DNA of 64,000 nucleotides. Origin: Amphiscolops sp. MND2022. Its lineage: Eukaryota. The notes below the pieces were generated by a model. The model was not told the DNA's origin. It saw only the letters and a program-made list of their open reading frames with translations, and did no database searches. This document shows positions 12,801 through 24,926 of this stretch, in pieces. Each line of letters begins with the position of its first letter. Positions within the stretch are counted from its first letter, which is position 1. The DNA is taken from NCBI GenBank assembly GCA_964187785.1, contig OZ076411.1:89652001-89716000 (forward strand), written 5' to 3'. Position numbers and translations under genes: made by a program.

Positions 12801-13499
12801 AATATTGTTTGAATTTCAATTATAAGCAATTTTCACGCTGTAGGTGATGTAGCATTTGTCTACTGCAACATTTTACTAAAATGTGGCACACATAAGCTCA
12901 TTTGCGCTTGGCGTGGATCTCACGCTGTGACAAATGTGTTGCGAAAATTCCGACAAATCGTATTGGACACTGGTCAGAAGGTTCCATTGAAACATTTGAA
13001 GAAACCCATTTCCGTGATCGTGTAGTAGGCAGCTCAAAAATCCTTCGGGGTGGACAAAACCTTGGCAAGGTAACTGGATTTGTCCGCATCAGAAAAAATA
13101 ATTGACGCGCTGATCCATGGAAAAACGTTGCGATAAGTTCCATCCAGTACTATTCAAACCCACTCAGACTGGATTAGGGAATACAGCGTCGAATATATTG
13201 CCATTTCCACTGTGAACCCTAATCGGAATTTGTTGAGACAGTAAATCTGAACAACACCCTGAACAGTATGTACCAATGATGCGCGCCAAATCTTGACTTG
13301 AAAACATATTTTCAAACAAAATTAAACTAAAAAACACTAGAGACTGATCTTTCCATGCCTTGTCACCCGCAGTTGTCGTTTGGAACCTTTTTTCCGCCTT
13401 AGCGATCGACCCTTCATTAACGCTGTCCCCCGCTTTGTTACCAGAAAAGGTCAATCGCAGTACATCCCTTCAAACAATGAAAATTTCTTTCTTGTCCAT

Positions 13500-13975
13500 T
13501 GTGAACTTCGTGAAGCTTTGAACGCAAGTCTCAGCAAAGCTCAACAAACTGTTTCACTAGCGCCTGAGGTGGAATGGCACGCATCTGAGATGGAATGGCA
13601 CGTCAGCCCACTGTTCGCGCGGCACCTAGGATTATGACAGGACTTCTGACATCGGACTATTTGCTTCTCCAAAAACTCCATGCAATGCTGTCACCTTGAG
13701 TTTTCCAAGTTTTTCCAAGTTATGAGCTCACACAGAAGTCTTTAAAAGTGACCCAAAACCGTGTCAGGCATTTTTGGAAGAGACTGATGACTGAATACGT
13801 TTCAACTCTGCATCAACTTTCCGAGTGGAGTCAGAAGCAACCATCCATCACTGTTGGAGAACTGGCGTGGGTGCTACGAGACTTCACTCCAAGTTGCTTA
13901 GCCTGGGCGAGGTTGAAAGACCCACGTGTGTTCTGTGAAGACAGCTTACTGAACTGAGCACCGCGCCGTTAACCG
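13500..13975 (+). pseudogene. BEL/Pao polyprotein C-terminal remnant
   Basis: RVRHFWKRLMTEYVSTLHQLSEW...ITVGELAWVLRD matches the FWKRW..EY...L...KW....VGDLV pattern of BEL/Pao C-termini. Confidence 0.65.
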
Positions 13976-16305
13976 TTCTAACATTTCCGCCCCGTCCTCT
14001 TTCTTATTCCCTCTCTTCTTCCTGCACCTTGAGGCGCTGGAGTATGTCAATTATCCTTATCAACTTTGACTCAAGCTTTTTCTAACTGAACGTTGTTACT
14101 TTCCACGTTTGTTTTCACAACAATGAATGAAGTAAAAAATGTATCTGGTATATATCTTATAGCTGTTTCCAGAAGATTGTTGCCATCGTGCGTTGTTTTT
14201 CTGTCTCTTTCGATGTTCCAAATATAGAAGATGCGGCCTCAAGTGTTGTGAGAAGAGCAAATTTCGACAAATAGTGATAAAATATTCAGCTAACCACCTT
14301 GCAAAGAAGATATAAACAAAGTGTTTTTTTAGATAATTATATAAAACGTTTCATACTTGCGTTTGGTATCAAAATGGCAACTCACATATCAGTCGCTCCC
14401 TAATCAAGCTTTATGTTGAAGGAAGGGAATCAAGATGGACTTAAACGCTTTTTCGTTGTTATAAATGTTCCATCTTAGAACACAGTTTGTATCGTAGATC
14501 ATTTTAAAAATAGTACTAATTTATTCGAAACAAGTTTGGTTAAAAACCTCGCCCGATTCCTTGTTTTTGTTTTAAATGTATCGTCATCTTTCTGAAGAGG
14601 GAACACTTTTCTCATGCGTTATGTCAGTCGAAGATATTTATATTGTTCACTCTGGAAACATTACAAAATTATTTGGTTCTGAGCGGGATGCGATTCCATG
14701 TTCTACTGCTTTCATACCACGAATCTCTACCATTACGCCGAGTGGCAAATAGTATCAGGAATTCAGTTCCAGGCAAAAATTGCTGAACACATTTCCTACA
14801 AAAGTGCAACTTAGAAACAAAAATTATTGTTTTTCCAATAACACAAAGCTAAAACAACAAACAATTGATTGGAAATGTTATACTTACACAGTTTTAGAAT
14901 AACCTTGTGTAACGGCAAGCTGTTATTGGTCGCTTAACGCGTTAACAGATGTGGAGGAACCTGCAGAAATGAGTGAATCGCTCGGGACAGGCGCCCATCG
15001 CCACAGATCCATTTTGCCTCCAGGGGTGAAATACGTCCCGGGGCCGTGGGTGCTTCGACGAATACTGTCCAACCGGTCCTAGTCTTTGATTGCTAATAGT
15101 AACGGGCATCTTTCTGACTCTCTAAAGACCACCTTTTAACTAGCATATAAAAACAATGCCAAGAATAAGGTAAATTTCCAGTTCCAGAGTGACATGTGAA
15201 TAGGATCTAAAATTGGGGAATAAGATCTAAAGTAGCGCTAGTGAATACAGCCAAAATCACTGAAAATACATGAAAATAGGCACGAATATGGCAAACCACA
15301 CAGCTACAAGCTGGGGCGCAGGGACTCCAAGCACCAAACAAGGATCTTTAGGCGAAAAGACTCATTTTTACGGTTTCCACTACATAGGGTAGCATAATGC
15401 TGAAAATCGATAAAACCGGTGTTAACACCTCAAAAAGAGTCTATTTTCAGTCGTTCTTGCCGTCTCTGCCTTCTGTCATGGCGGCGCGCCCGTGTTTTTG
15501 CTCGTTCTTGCTCTTTGTTGTCGAAGTACCTGCCAATTTCGTGGAAACAGCGAAAAGAGCAATCACATGCTCAGTACCACGTCACACATCGGATTAGAAT
15601 TTTTGACAAAATTTCTGAACATGTCAAAGTTGCAAAATCGGTTGATATTGCTGTACCAGAGCTTGCCGTTACATTGTACCGGATGACCTTTCAATCAAAT
15701 ATTGTTCACCTGATGCTTTTAAGTTCGTTTTTGTTCAAACCAAACCTATTTGTGAATTATTGCCCTGCAATGAAACGCGTAACATACGAATTAGGTTAGT
15801 TTGGTCGAACTTCGCACCATTTGAGAAATGAAACGAAGTTGAAAACAATAAAAATTACCTGAAAACTGCTGCCACGTTTCTATGGTATCCCAGTTGAAAC
15901 TCCCACGTTTAAGTTGGAAAATTCATGCAAAAATAATCACTCCTCATGAAAAATAATTCAATCAAGCCGCTTGAACATTTCATCAGAAATTTTTGCAGCT
16001 TTAATGAAGCGCCTAATATAATCATTATTTGTTTTACAGCAAAACGGGAGCATATTGAAGATACAAACAGACCAGAAAAAATAGAAGAGAACGTGGTCTG
16101 GATGACTTGCGACACCTCGGAAGAGTACAATCAAAGGGGGGTCTCGGAACCTTCAACAAGCTGTGAAAGGTTATTGGCGTCATTTTACCTGGCTGAGAAA
16201 AAATGCGTTTCTTGCAAGTATCTTTCAAGAAACTTCCAAAATCATGCAAAATAGTCCCTTTTCCTTAGATTATTTGACCGAATCTCGCAACATCCCAGCC
16301 TAAAC

Positions 16306-16444
16306 TGCATTCTGTGCAGAGAATCTTGAAAAAATTCATTTTTTCCAAGATCCTGTCAGGATAGTGTTCCTTGAAAGATCTTACACATTTCCTTATGATA
16401 TTCTTGCAAGGGATACTTACTTTCAAGATCAGTCGCAGAATGCA
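16306..16444. repeat. Imperfect inverted repeat (MITE-like interspersed repeat)
   Basis: TGCATTCTG...ATCTTGAAA and TTTCAAGAT...CAGAATGCA are complementary; no TSD resolved. Confidence 0.35.
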
Positions 16445-19400
16445 AAGAATGCAAGAATTTTGCAGGAACTTCGCAAAGGATGCATTGTTTCAAGCAGTGT
16501 TTGCTTTTTTTCCAAAATTTGTTTGTGAATAGTTCCATGTGGATGTTTTTTATTCGATGTTCATTTTTTCGATGTTTTCCACAGAAGCCCGATAAAAAAG
16601 AAGTCCCTAGTTTTTACTATGGAAGAATCGTCATCAATGCTGCTTCTGTAAAAAGTGAAATTATGTATGAAATAATCCGATATCCTATTATTGTTTAGAC
16701 AATATTCTCTGTGATTTTCCATGTTTTGTGTGACCTAAGCAGCACCGCATACCTCCACAGTCGAAATGTTTCCGAGGAATCTGGAATTTTGACCCGCAAT
16801 TCAAAACAGTCTTGAAAAATCCTCCTAACGTCTGGTTCGGTCCTGATTAGAGATACACATTTTAATTGCTTTTTTAGACCATCCTTCCTTATCGGAAAAT
16901 AAAACAACTAACAATGTCGCAGTTTTTATTTTATCATTCTCCAATGTCACATGTTTCTGATTTTTTTTTCGGTTATTATCGAAATAACGCGAAAAATATC
17001 CAACTTTAAAGAACGCAAAAGACGAGCTTTTATAGATAATTTATACAAACTTTGTTCAGTATTTAGTTTTTTTGCATTTGTTAGATTCAAAAGTCAGATT
17101 GCTTCTGGTGAAACACCCGATTAGTCTTGTTGAAAATGCCTCAAATTGACCCCGAATCACTTCAAAATTCAATATTTTCGAAATTTTTAGGCAGTTTTGG
17201 AAAAAGTTTTAGACATGTCGAGATATTAGACGATCAACAGACGAACCAAATAGATATCTCCTACGATGTTACGAAGAGCAATTCGATGTTGTTCGTTGAA
17301 AACTGCTTCGAAACAAGTCAAACTATTTTTGCTTTTTCGATTTTTGCTTCAGCTTTTAGTTTTTTTCGAAACATTGAAAAACCCACAGAGTTCAACGATC
17401 GAACAATAAGTCATGTTTTACGCTTTTCTCACTAGCAATTTGGAATAAAACAGCACTGAAACCAAAAGAAATAACTCTTCGACCATAAGGTCGCGTTTTG
17501 CTGTATTTCAGAGATAGAATGCCCAGAGAGTTTCGCGCCGACACCACAAGCTGTTCAAAAAACTTGCGGAATTTTTTGATTGGAAAGGCAATAATCGAAC
17601 CAAAAACTTCGAGCTTCATTATTTTTAAACTAGTTCTCGAATGATTTCATGGGTACATTTTTTCAGTTCAAAAAAATTCGACTTTTGGAGTCTTTCAATT
17701 AAAGAAATTAGAAACTTTCTTCAAACTTTTCTGATGCAAAAGTAACAAAAAGCAGATTTGTCCAACTTCAGGATTTTAAAGTTTGTATTACAATTCAAAG
17801 AGCACGAAGCATGTAAAAATTAATTAAAGTCTGTTTAGCATAATCTTTAGACAATATACCCAAGGTTCGTGATTGTTCTAAGAAAGCCTCGAAAAGACCT
17901 CAAAAAATGTGAAAGTCCACAAACGTTTTCGAATTTAGGGGCATTTCGCCCAGGCTGGATGATGCAGATTGTTTCCTGTTCCCATAACAAATATCCTCTT
18001 GATGCTGGTGGAAACGCAAGACTTGATGCCCTTGATAGTACCCATAGTTTGGCCCATTGATGTTTATTCCCCTCAAGCACTACGAATCGCTGCTAGCGTC
18101 TCCACACAGTTGAACACTCCGTAAATGAACAAAATAAAGTGCAGAAATCATTTTCATCAACGGTTTTACGATCGTTCGCTTACTTACAGCCAATCACAGC
18201 ATATGCTGTCAACAAGAATTGGAATCATTTGAAGTTTAAGCGAAAAAAATAAAAACCGAAAATAACTTATAAAAAACAAAAATATGGCTGAAGTCTTTGA
18301 AACGAATAGTTTTCGTTTGAATGCAAAAACATTCATGAAGTTGTCGATAGGCGTTTGCCCTGAAATGAACGCAACTTGGCAGCTATAATGTAATGAGTAC
18401 ATGAAATTTTCCGCCGATAAAATTCAGAGAACACAAAATTTTTTGTTTTTGTTTTATGGTAATTCAAAAATGAGAAATCAGTCTTTTGGTGGGTTCGAAA
18501 ATGAATCCTAGCCTCAAGGTCAAATTTCCTACCGTAAAACATTCGTATACTACTTAGGTAACAAACGGTTCTAATTTTTAGTTGACAAACAAATGTCAAC
18601 ACCAGCCGCTATGTCAACCATAATATAGGTTACTAGAAAGTTTCGTGTTTTGATCGAAAAAGCAATCTTTGGCAGAATTTTCGTTGAGTTGATCTAAAAT
18701 TATAGATACGTTTTTTATTATCTTCCCTTGTTGAACTTGCTTGAACCTTTTAAATGTTCTTTAAAGTTGCCAGCAACTTTTTCAATGATTTTCTAAATCT
18801 CTTACGGAAACTTCAATGCGTTATTATTTCCCTGTTGTCATCAACTTTTATCAAGCTGCTCCAAAAAATCATCAAAGTTTTGGCGGCAATTTCAAGCCGT
18901 GAAGTTCTGCGAGTTTTATTATGCATCAGTTCTAATTTTATATGCATCTGAGACGTTCAAAATTTTGCCGCCATCTCAATGCAATTTAATTTCATTCACA
19001 ATGTAAACAGCAAACTAGCGTCATCTTCAGCGTCCTATTTGAGAAGCGGTGGTTAAATCAGATGAGTAGTTGAGAACGTGAATAAAACGTGATCATGTTC
19101 ATAAAGAATAGGGAAATATTTTCAAATTTAATTGCAGTAGTGGAGAATGCAGTGTATTTTTACAAGATTTACCAACGGATGCATACTGAATTTTCTAGGT
19201 TTTATAAAAAGTCACCCTGCATACAGGCCTGCAGCATGTAAAAAATTCAAGCAGTCTCAACTAGGGTTCTCCACTTTTCAAATTAAAATAACTGATACGT
19301 ACAAGCATTTTTATCCAAACCACAAAAACAATTGTTTGCTAAATGTGAAGAAACCAAAATTACAAACTCTAGAAAGAATATATATCTAGAAAAGTGATTA

Positions 19401-19799
19401 TAGTGAATGCGCCCTGAAACCCTATTCTTTGTTTTACTTTTCATATTTTGTACCCGCTGAAGACTTTGAATTCAAGCCGAATGACTCTCAATTGATCATA
19501 GGCGCTTTTTGTTTTGAAAAAAAAACCGGGCAACAACCAAACAAGAAATCTTTTGCAACATTTTTTCGACAGACCATTCGAAAGATTGGTTTACAACAGA
19601 CAACTATTTTAGCAGTAAAACGGTTGAAGACTTTGAGTGTTTTTAGTCGGCGCTTTTCTAGTGAAAAGTGCCCGATACTTACAGTGGCTAGTTTTTTTTC
19701 CTTTTTTCTTTCGTCAGACTACAATCTCACTCTTATTGGGCCACTTTTCTTACAATCGAAACTACTAAAACTACTAGCATTAGGCCAAGTCCGGTCAGC

Positions 19800-20130
19800 G
19801 GAAATTAGTGCAAAAGGGTCCCCCTTTCATATTTTACTATTTTACCGTAGCCTACAAAACCGGACGAGACTAAAGGGTTCGATTTTTTTTCGGCCTTGTG
19901 CGACTTTTTTTTCAAAAATTTTTTAATGTATCAAAAGAGTCCCCCTTTCGAGTTTTTTGATATTTTGCAACAGAATATATGTTGATAAAGCCCAAAGGGT
20001 CCCCCCTTTTACATTTTTCGGCACTATGCGGCATTTTCTGAAAGAAAAATTTTTCAAAAACTTAAAAAAAAAATTTTTGCGCTTTTTGAGCCTTAGATAT
20101 AGCGCCGACTTTAGACGTTCCCGTCATGTT
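19800..20130. repeat. Degenerate short-period repeat built on AAAGGGTCCCCCTT
   Basis: Motif variants at ~19812, ~19872, ~19937 and ~19994, roughly 60 bp apart. Confidence 0.5.
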
Positions 20131-20948
20131 AGATCATAAGTTTGACACAAATCAAAAGTTAAAAGACCCACTTTTTTTACTTGTGGTGCACTTTTTCTGT
20201 TGTTTTTCATAAAGTATTTTGAGGTTGATCAGACAGTATTTGCAATATGTACTTGAGCGTGTTTACAAATTTTCGAGCATGAAGCGGGAACCAACTTGGG
20301 CCGCTTCCGGTTGTTACAGTAGGGTTCAAAATTCCACCACACATCTAGACTTTTACACTTTTATAAATTTTCGAAATTCGAAAAACAAGTTTTTGGACTA
20401 CGTGGTTCAGTGTTTGTTTCGCAAGCATTCCTTGATCCAGGCCCATACCATGAATACTCTATTCTAATAACGTTGAGTTCATTGTACCGCTTTTTTGCGG
20501 TTTTACATCCCTTATTTTGATCATTATCTTGGAATGTTTTGTACATTTTTTCATTGAAATGGAGTCAGAAACAGACATGTAGTATTACAGATACGCCTAC
20601 CGTCCTCTGTTCAACCGATTCCAAAACAGTGCAGAAAAAAATTAAAAATTTAAAAAACTTACATTTAAACACTCGAAAACCCAAGAGTAATAATTGGCAG
20701 TTCAGATCGTTAAATTTTTAATCGTTCCAGTTAAGTAGGTTTGAATGATCTCTCAACCGCTTTTGTCACAAAACGAAGGCGTGTAAGTTCTGAATGGGTT
20801 GTCAGTCCGAGACGATAAGAATTTAAAAATCAATACTAACCGTTTTCTCAATTTCCGCTAAGTTCAAAAATATTGGCTTCCATTTGATCTCCTTTCTCTC
20901 TAAAAAATCTCCTTTTGTTATCACATGATCCAGTGGTTCTTTCGTTTT

Positions 20949-21210
20949 ATGGGGTGAGTCTTTCAACGACTCCAATGTTTCAGAGGTTCTTTTCTATTGC
21001 AGGAAGAAATCGTCTCGCCATTCTCGCAAACGTGGCTCAGAGGAGAAAGGAGAGCAACAGGGGAGCAGCAAGTCGAACAAGAAGCATCGACACAGAAGCA
21101 GAAGAAGCACGGAGGCCAAACAAGAAGTCAAAGAGGAGGAAGAAGAGGAAGAGGAAAAAGAAGCAAGTAACACAGAGCAAGAACAACTGAGGCAGGGATT
21201 GTTGTCGTGA
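20949..21210 (+). CDS. Candidate small spliced gene or gene fragment (70 aa, basic N-half, acidic C-half)
   Basis: ATG GG|GTGAGT (20954)...TTTTCTATTGCAG (21002)|G AAG: a 49-bp phase-2 intron gives MGKKSSRHSRKRGSEEK...KKHRHRSRRSTEAKQEVKEEEEEEEKE...GLLS*. The purine-rich exon is open in all three frames, so the frame is not proven. Confidence 0.4.
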
Positions 21211-21986
21211 ATCTAAACGAATCTATCAAGTTCTAATTTTTTTCGAATTACCGAATTTTTGAACATAAATTTCTAAAAATAGTAGTACTGGTTAGCTCAC
21301 TCTACTGTTGCGTCGTTAAAAACCTTGGATGTTTTAGCCCACACAAACTTTCAGAAACGGAACAAATTCTGTATGAAAACTGTCATAAATATGTTTGGCT
21401 ATTTTCGAGTCTTTTTAGAGTATTTTAGAGCACTCACGTTTTAGAGTAGATTAGAGTAGATTCTACTTTCGAGTATTTTAGAGCACTTTGTAGGCACTTT
21501 TGTATACATTAATTGCTGTGATCAGGTACTTTTTTGACATCTCCATTCAACATTTCTTTGATGTTTGATGTTTCTTTGACGTTCTTTTCATATTCTTATG
21601 TTCATTAAAACGAAGATAATTGAATTAAATTAGCTTAGAACCTTTTTTGAGGTTAGTCACTCGTAAATATGCAATCAAGTTGTAAAGTTAACTACCCGGA
21701 AGGAGCAAAGACACCTAACGTAACGAGTTTTACTACTAGGAAGGAGCATTTATTCTGATTTTCTTGCCCATCAAAATTAGCAGAATCAATTAGACTTTGA
21801 GTAGCTTAATTATTTGAAGCACCAAAGAATAGGAATGACCACCAATGTGAATGAGCAGAACGTATGAAGAAAAAAACTATACTTACCATTAATTCCAAAA
21901 TGTTTCCAGACATTACACAAATTTTTACACATAACTCTTTATGAGTGCAATGTTTTAAATTATACCATAGTATTCATCATGTTAAC

Positions 21987-23811
21987 TGTCACAGCCCCAC
22001 CTGAGCTGTGAGTTCTGCAGCAGAGCCAACCCAGTCTTCGAACAATAAATTAGGAAATGGAAAAAGGAGAAATAAAAACAGAAAACCAGAAAAAAATCAG
22101 TCCAATCCATATAACCTGAACCAATGGCGCTAAACGATATGTGCAACATAATTGATTAAATAAATATATACTTACACATATATTAGTGTTTATACAATTA
22201 TACACAGACATATATTTACGTACTTACAGCATAACGGAGCTTTGGTGCAGTTAATAATAATAATATTACAGTGCTACAGTTAACAACATGTGAACCACAC
22301 CGCCTAACGAGCGACCAAACAATTTTATAGCGAGACTGCGGCCTGGCAACCGGCCTCAAATTCAGGCCGTGAAGCGCCGGCCTGGGACGCGGCCTGAGAT
22401 CAAACCACGCTGCTAAGCACAATGCGACTGAATTAAATGTGCTAATGAATACATGTAAACGTTTTAATAACCTCTGCAGTAACTAAATGACGATATGAGT
22501 GCAATTGTCCTAATAATAGACCTTTCATATTAAATGCACTAAATACGATGAACCGCGGCCTGGGACGCGGCCTGAAAATGATTATGTACCAAGTTAATTA
22601 TAAAAGTAGTAAACGTTGATGTTATTACGTAATTTTGTTCAGGAATAAACCTGGAGCTTATTAATTGTGTTCATGAATGATATTGTCGGTTAAATTTTAC
22701 ATATAATGATTTTTTTGCATGTAAATAGTGATTGATGAACTCCGCCTGGGCCCAGGATTTAGTTGTACACATTAATAACATGTATTTCCTATTCCCCGAA
22801 CTTGTTGCTGTTGAATTACGTTAACCATCGCCCAAGATGATGCTTTTCATAATATTCGTCACCAGTATTTATTCTTTTTCTCCTGAAGTAAATTTGTCCG
22901 TCCCGGACTGTGGCGTGGGGCTAATGCCTCGCAGCTCTCAGTCAAATCAGCCTTGTAAACATCGCATAAACTGTCCTACCTTCTCATTTACTTTCCTGTG
23001 TGCGATTTTGTTAGTCTAAAACTAGAACGATGCTACTTTTATTAATCTAATGAATATTCTTGTAAAATATTGACTGTCATTTTTTTCCAAATTCTCATAC
23101 TCAATTTGCAGTACTTTTGATGATTCATCACTTTCGCTTTCGCCAAGTTCAGCTTCGGCGTCTTGAAAGAGCGGGAAATTGGAGGCGAAAGGAAGCGGAG
23201 TCGCAACTCAGACAGGAAGTGGACGCGTGCTTTCTTCGGAAAGCATGAACAAGCTGAAGGTCTGAGTTCGACAAAGCGGAACTGAACTTCCGAATTCCCC
23301 GCTTGGGATGGACGCCGGACTGAACCGCATGTGAAATGTTGTTGTGTTTTCCCCGCTCTTCGGAGAGTGATAAGTATAAATATGTTGAAATTTGGAAGCC
23401 ATTATTAGTTGAAATTTTGTTTCGTTGCGAATTAATAACTTGCTTATTAAACGACAATTAACATTTTGCAATCCGCATTTTCTTTGTTCACCAGTCAGTT
23501 TGAATTATTTCTTAGGAAATTTCGAGATCAAATCCAAACAGTTTGCCTGAGCGAAGTTCTAAGAGGAAAGCCAGACGTGAATCAATCACGAAAAGTCGGT
23601 GAATAAACGGATTAAGGACACAGAAACCGGACAACGAGAAATACTAAAAATGATAGAAAATTTGTCTTCTAAAATAGTTTCGTTGGCTGACAAGACATCT
23701 TGCGATTTGAACCAGGGTTTAAATGGAGTAAACTCTGAAACTCTGAAAACGTAATACTAGAGAATAGACCCATAGGATTAAACGAATTCCAACAAGATGT
23801 CAGTCAACACA
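21987..23811 (+). repeat. 5' LTR of B (1825 bp)
   Basis: Direct repeat of 32553-34113; followed immediately by the PBS. Confidence 0.95.
23148..23324 (+). ncRNA. Predicted conserved cis-acting RNA structure in the LTR (copies at 33364-33540, 52351-52515 and minus-strand 7641-7805)
   Basis: Nested helices with G-U pairs and compensatory changes between families A and B; cUUCGg tetraloop at 23235-23238 and 33451-33454. Confidence 0.65.
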
Positions 23812-24926
23812 TGGTGACAGGAGTATCTCCCCAAACGGAAATACCGACCCGGTCATCAAGCTTGCCGCCTTCCCAACCAGAAATACCCGGACCATATAGT
23901 GGACAAATTGCTCGAATCGCTCCGCAATGTCACCCAACAGAACATCGGATTTCCCAGACTACCGAAGGCATTGTCAACAACTATGCCCACCTTCAACAGA
24001 CGAAATGACAAATTCGAGCATTTCGAAGACCTCTTCATGACAAGCCTCAAGGTATACCCTAACATCTCTGAGGAAGAACAAATCCATTACTTCCACTCCC
24101 TACTCAGGGATGAAGCACTCCAAACATATCGCAACATGACCGACACAAATCGTGCCAGCTTAGAGGACAGCATTGCCACATTCCGACGCAGATATGCACG
24201 CCCCCAATCCATCGCAACAGCCAGATGCAAATGGGAGCAACTCCACTTTGATCCCTCACGGCAAACATTCCCAGACTTTTTGGAACAAAACCAAAAATTG
24301 GCGCAAGAGGCATACGGAGAAAACGCCCCAAAATTCATAGAAACATCTTTCTATGCCAAAATGCCGATCCACTTAAAACGAGTCCTCAACCAAGCAAGGT
24401 TGGAAACAGAATCTTACGATTTGATGGTCCAACATTTGGAGAAGGAAATGGAATTAAACCGACTGTTGGCCCCCAACGAAACCAACATAACAGGTATACA
24501 TCAAATCGAAGTACAAGAAACACAACAAGCCCCAAACACTCCCAAACCGACAGGCCCATGCTACCGATGCGGACAACCTGGCCACATTGTCAAAAATTGT
24601 CGAAAAGTAGCCCGCGAAGCCCGCAATAGAGGCAACAGAGTACCTAACAAAATCGTCGACCCATGCGAACATGTGGCAAGAAGAGCCACTCAACGCAGAA
24701 TTGCTATTCAGGCGCAAACTGGGCAAACCGACCACAATGGTGGAAAACCCCAAAAACCACGCCCCCGAACAACATTCCGATAACCCCACAACAAGGTCAG
24801 TACGTAAAAGAAAACCCACAATTAACCCAACCCCAATATCCAAACCAGACAACCGGCCAAATGGGCTACCTACCCCCACCCGAATTGACAGCTCAATCTC
24901 ACGAACAAACCCATCTCAAAAACTAG
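23544..24926 (+). pseudogene. gag: gag of B (LTR-encoded start mutated to TTG; frameshifts; two CCHC knuckles)
   Basis: MPTFNRRNDKFEHFEDLF capsid-like region; CYRCGQPGHIVKNC and frameshifted CGKKSHSTQNC knuckles; ends ...HLKN* at 24926. Confidence 0.9.
23812..23824 (+). promoter_or_regulatory. Primer-binding site TGGTGACAGGAGT
   Basis: Begins exactly where the 5' LTR stops matching the 3' LTR. Confidence 0.9.

Noticed and set aside
14190-15700. GC-richer patches (14190-14340, 14930-15110, 15430-15690) as host exons
   Set aside because: Short open frames on both strands, no convincing paired splice sites, no recognisable motif.
15946-16254. 102-aa ORF with WMTCD as a PHD/CW-finger fragment
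   Set aside because: Remaining zinc ligands are not correctly spaced; too weak to call.
23148-23324. LTR structure as a hammerhead or HDV-like ribozyme, or a 7SL/tRNA-derived insert
   Set aside because: I could not find the hammerhead CUGANGA/GAAA core, an HDV-type nested pseudoknot, or SRP/tRNA signature motifs; kept only as an unassigned structure.
22837-23471. Small ORFs present in both B LTRs (22837-23019/33053-33235; 23208-23471/33424-33747)
   Set aside because: Their recurrence is explained by LTR duplication alone; no counterpart in family A LTRs.
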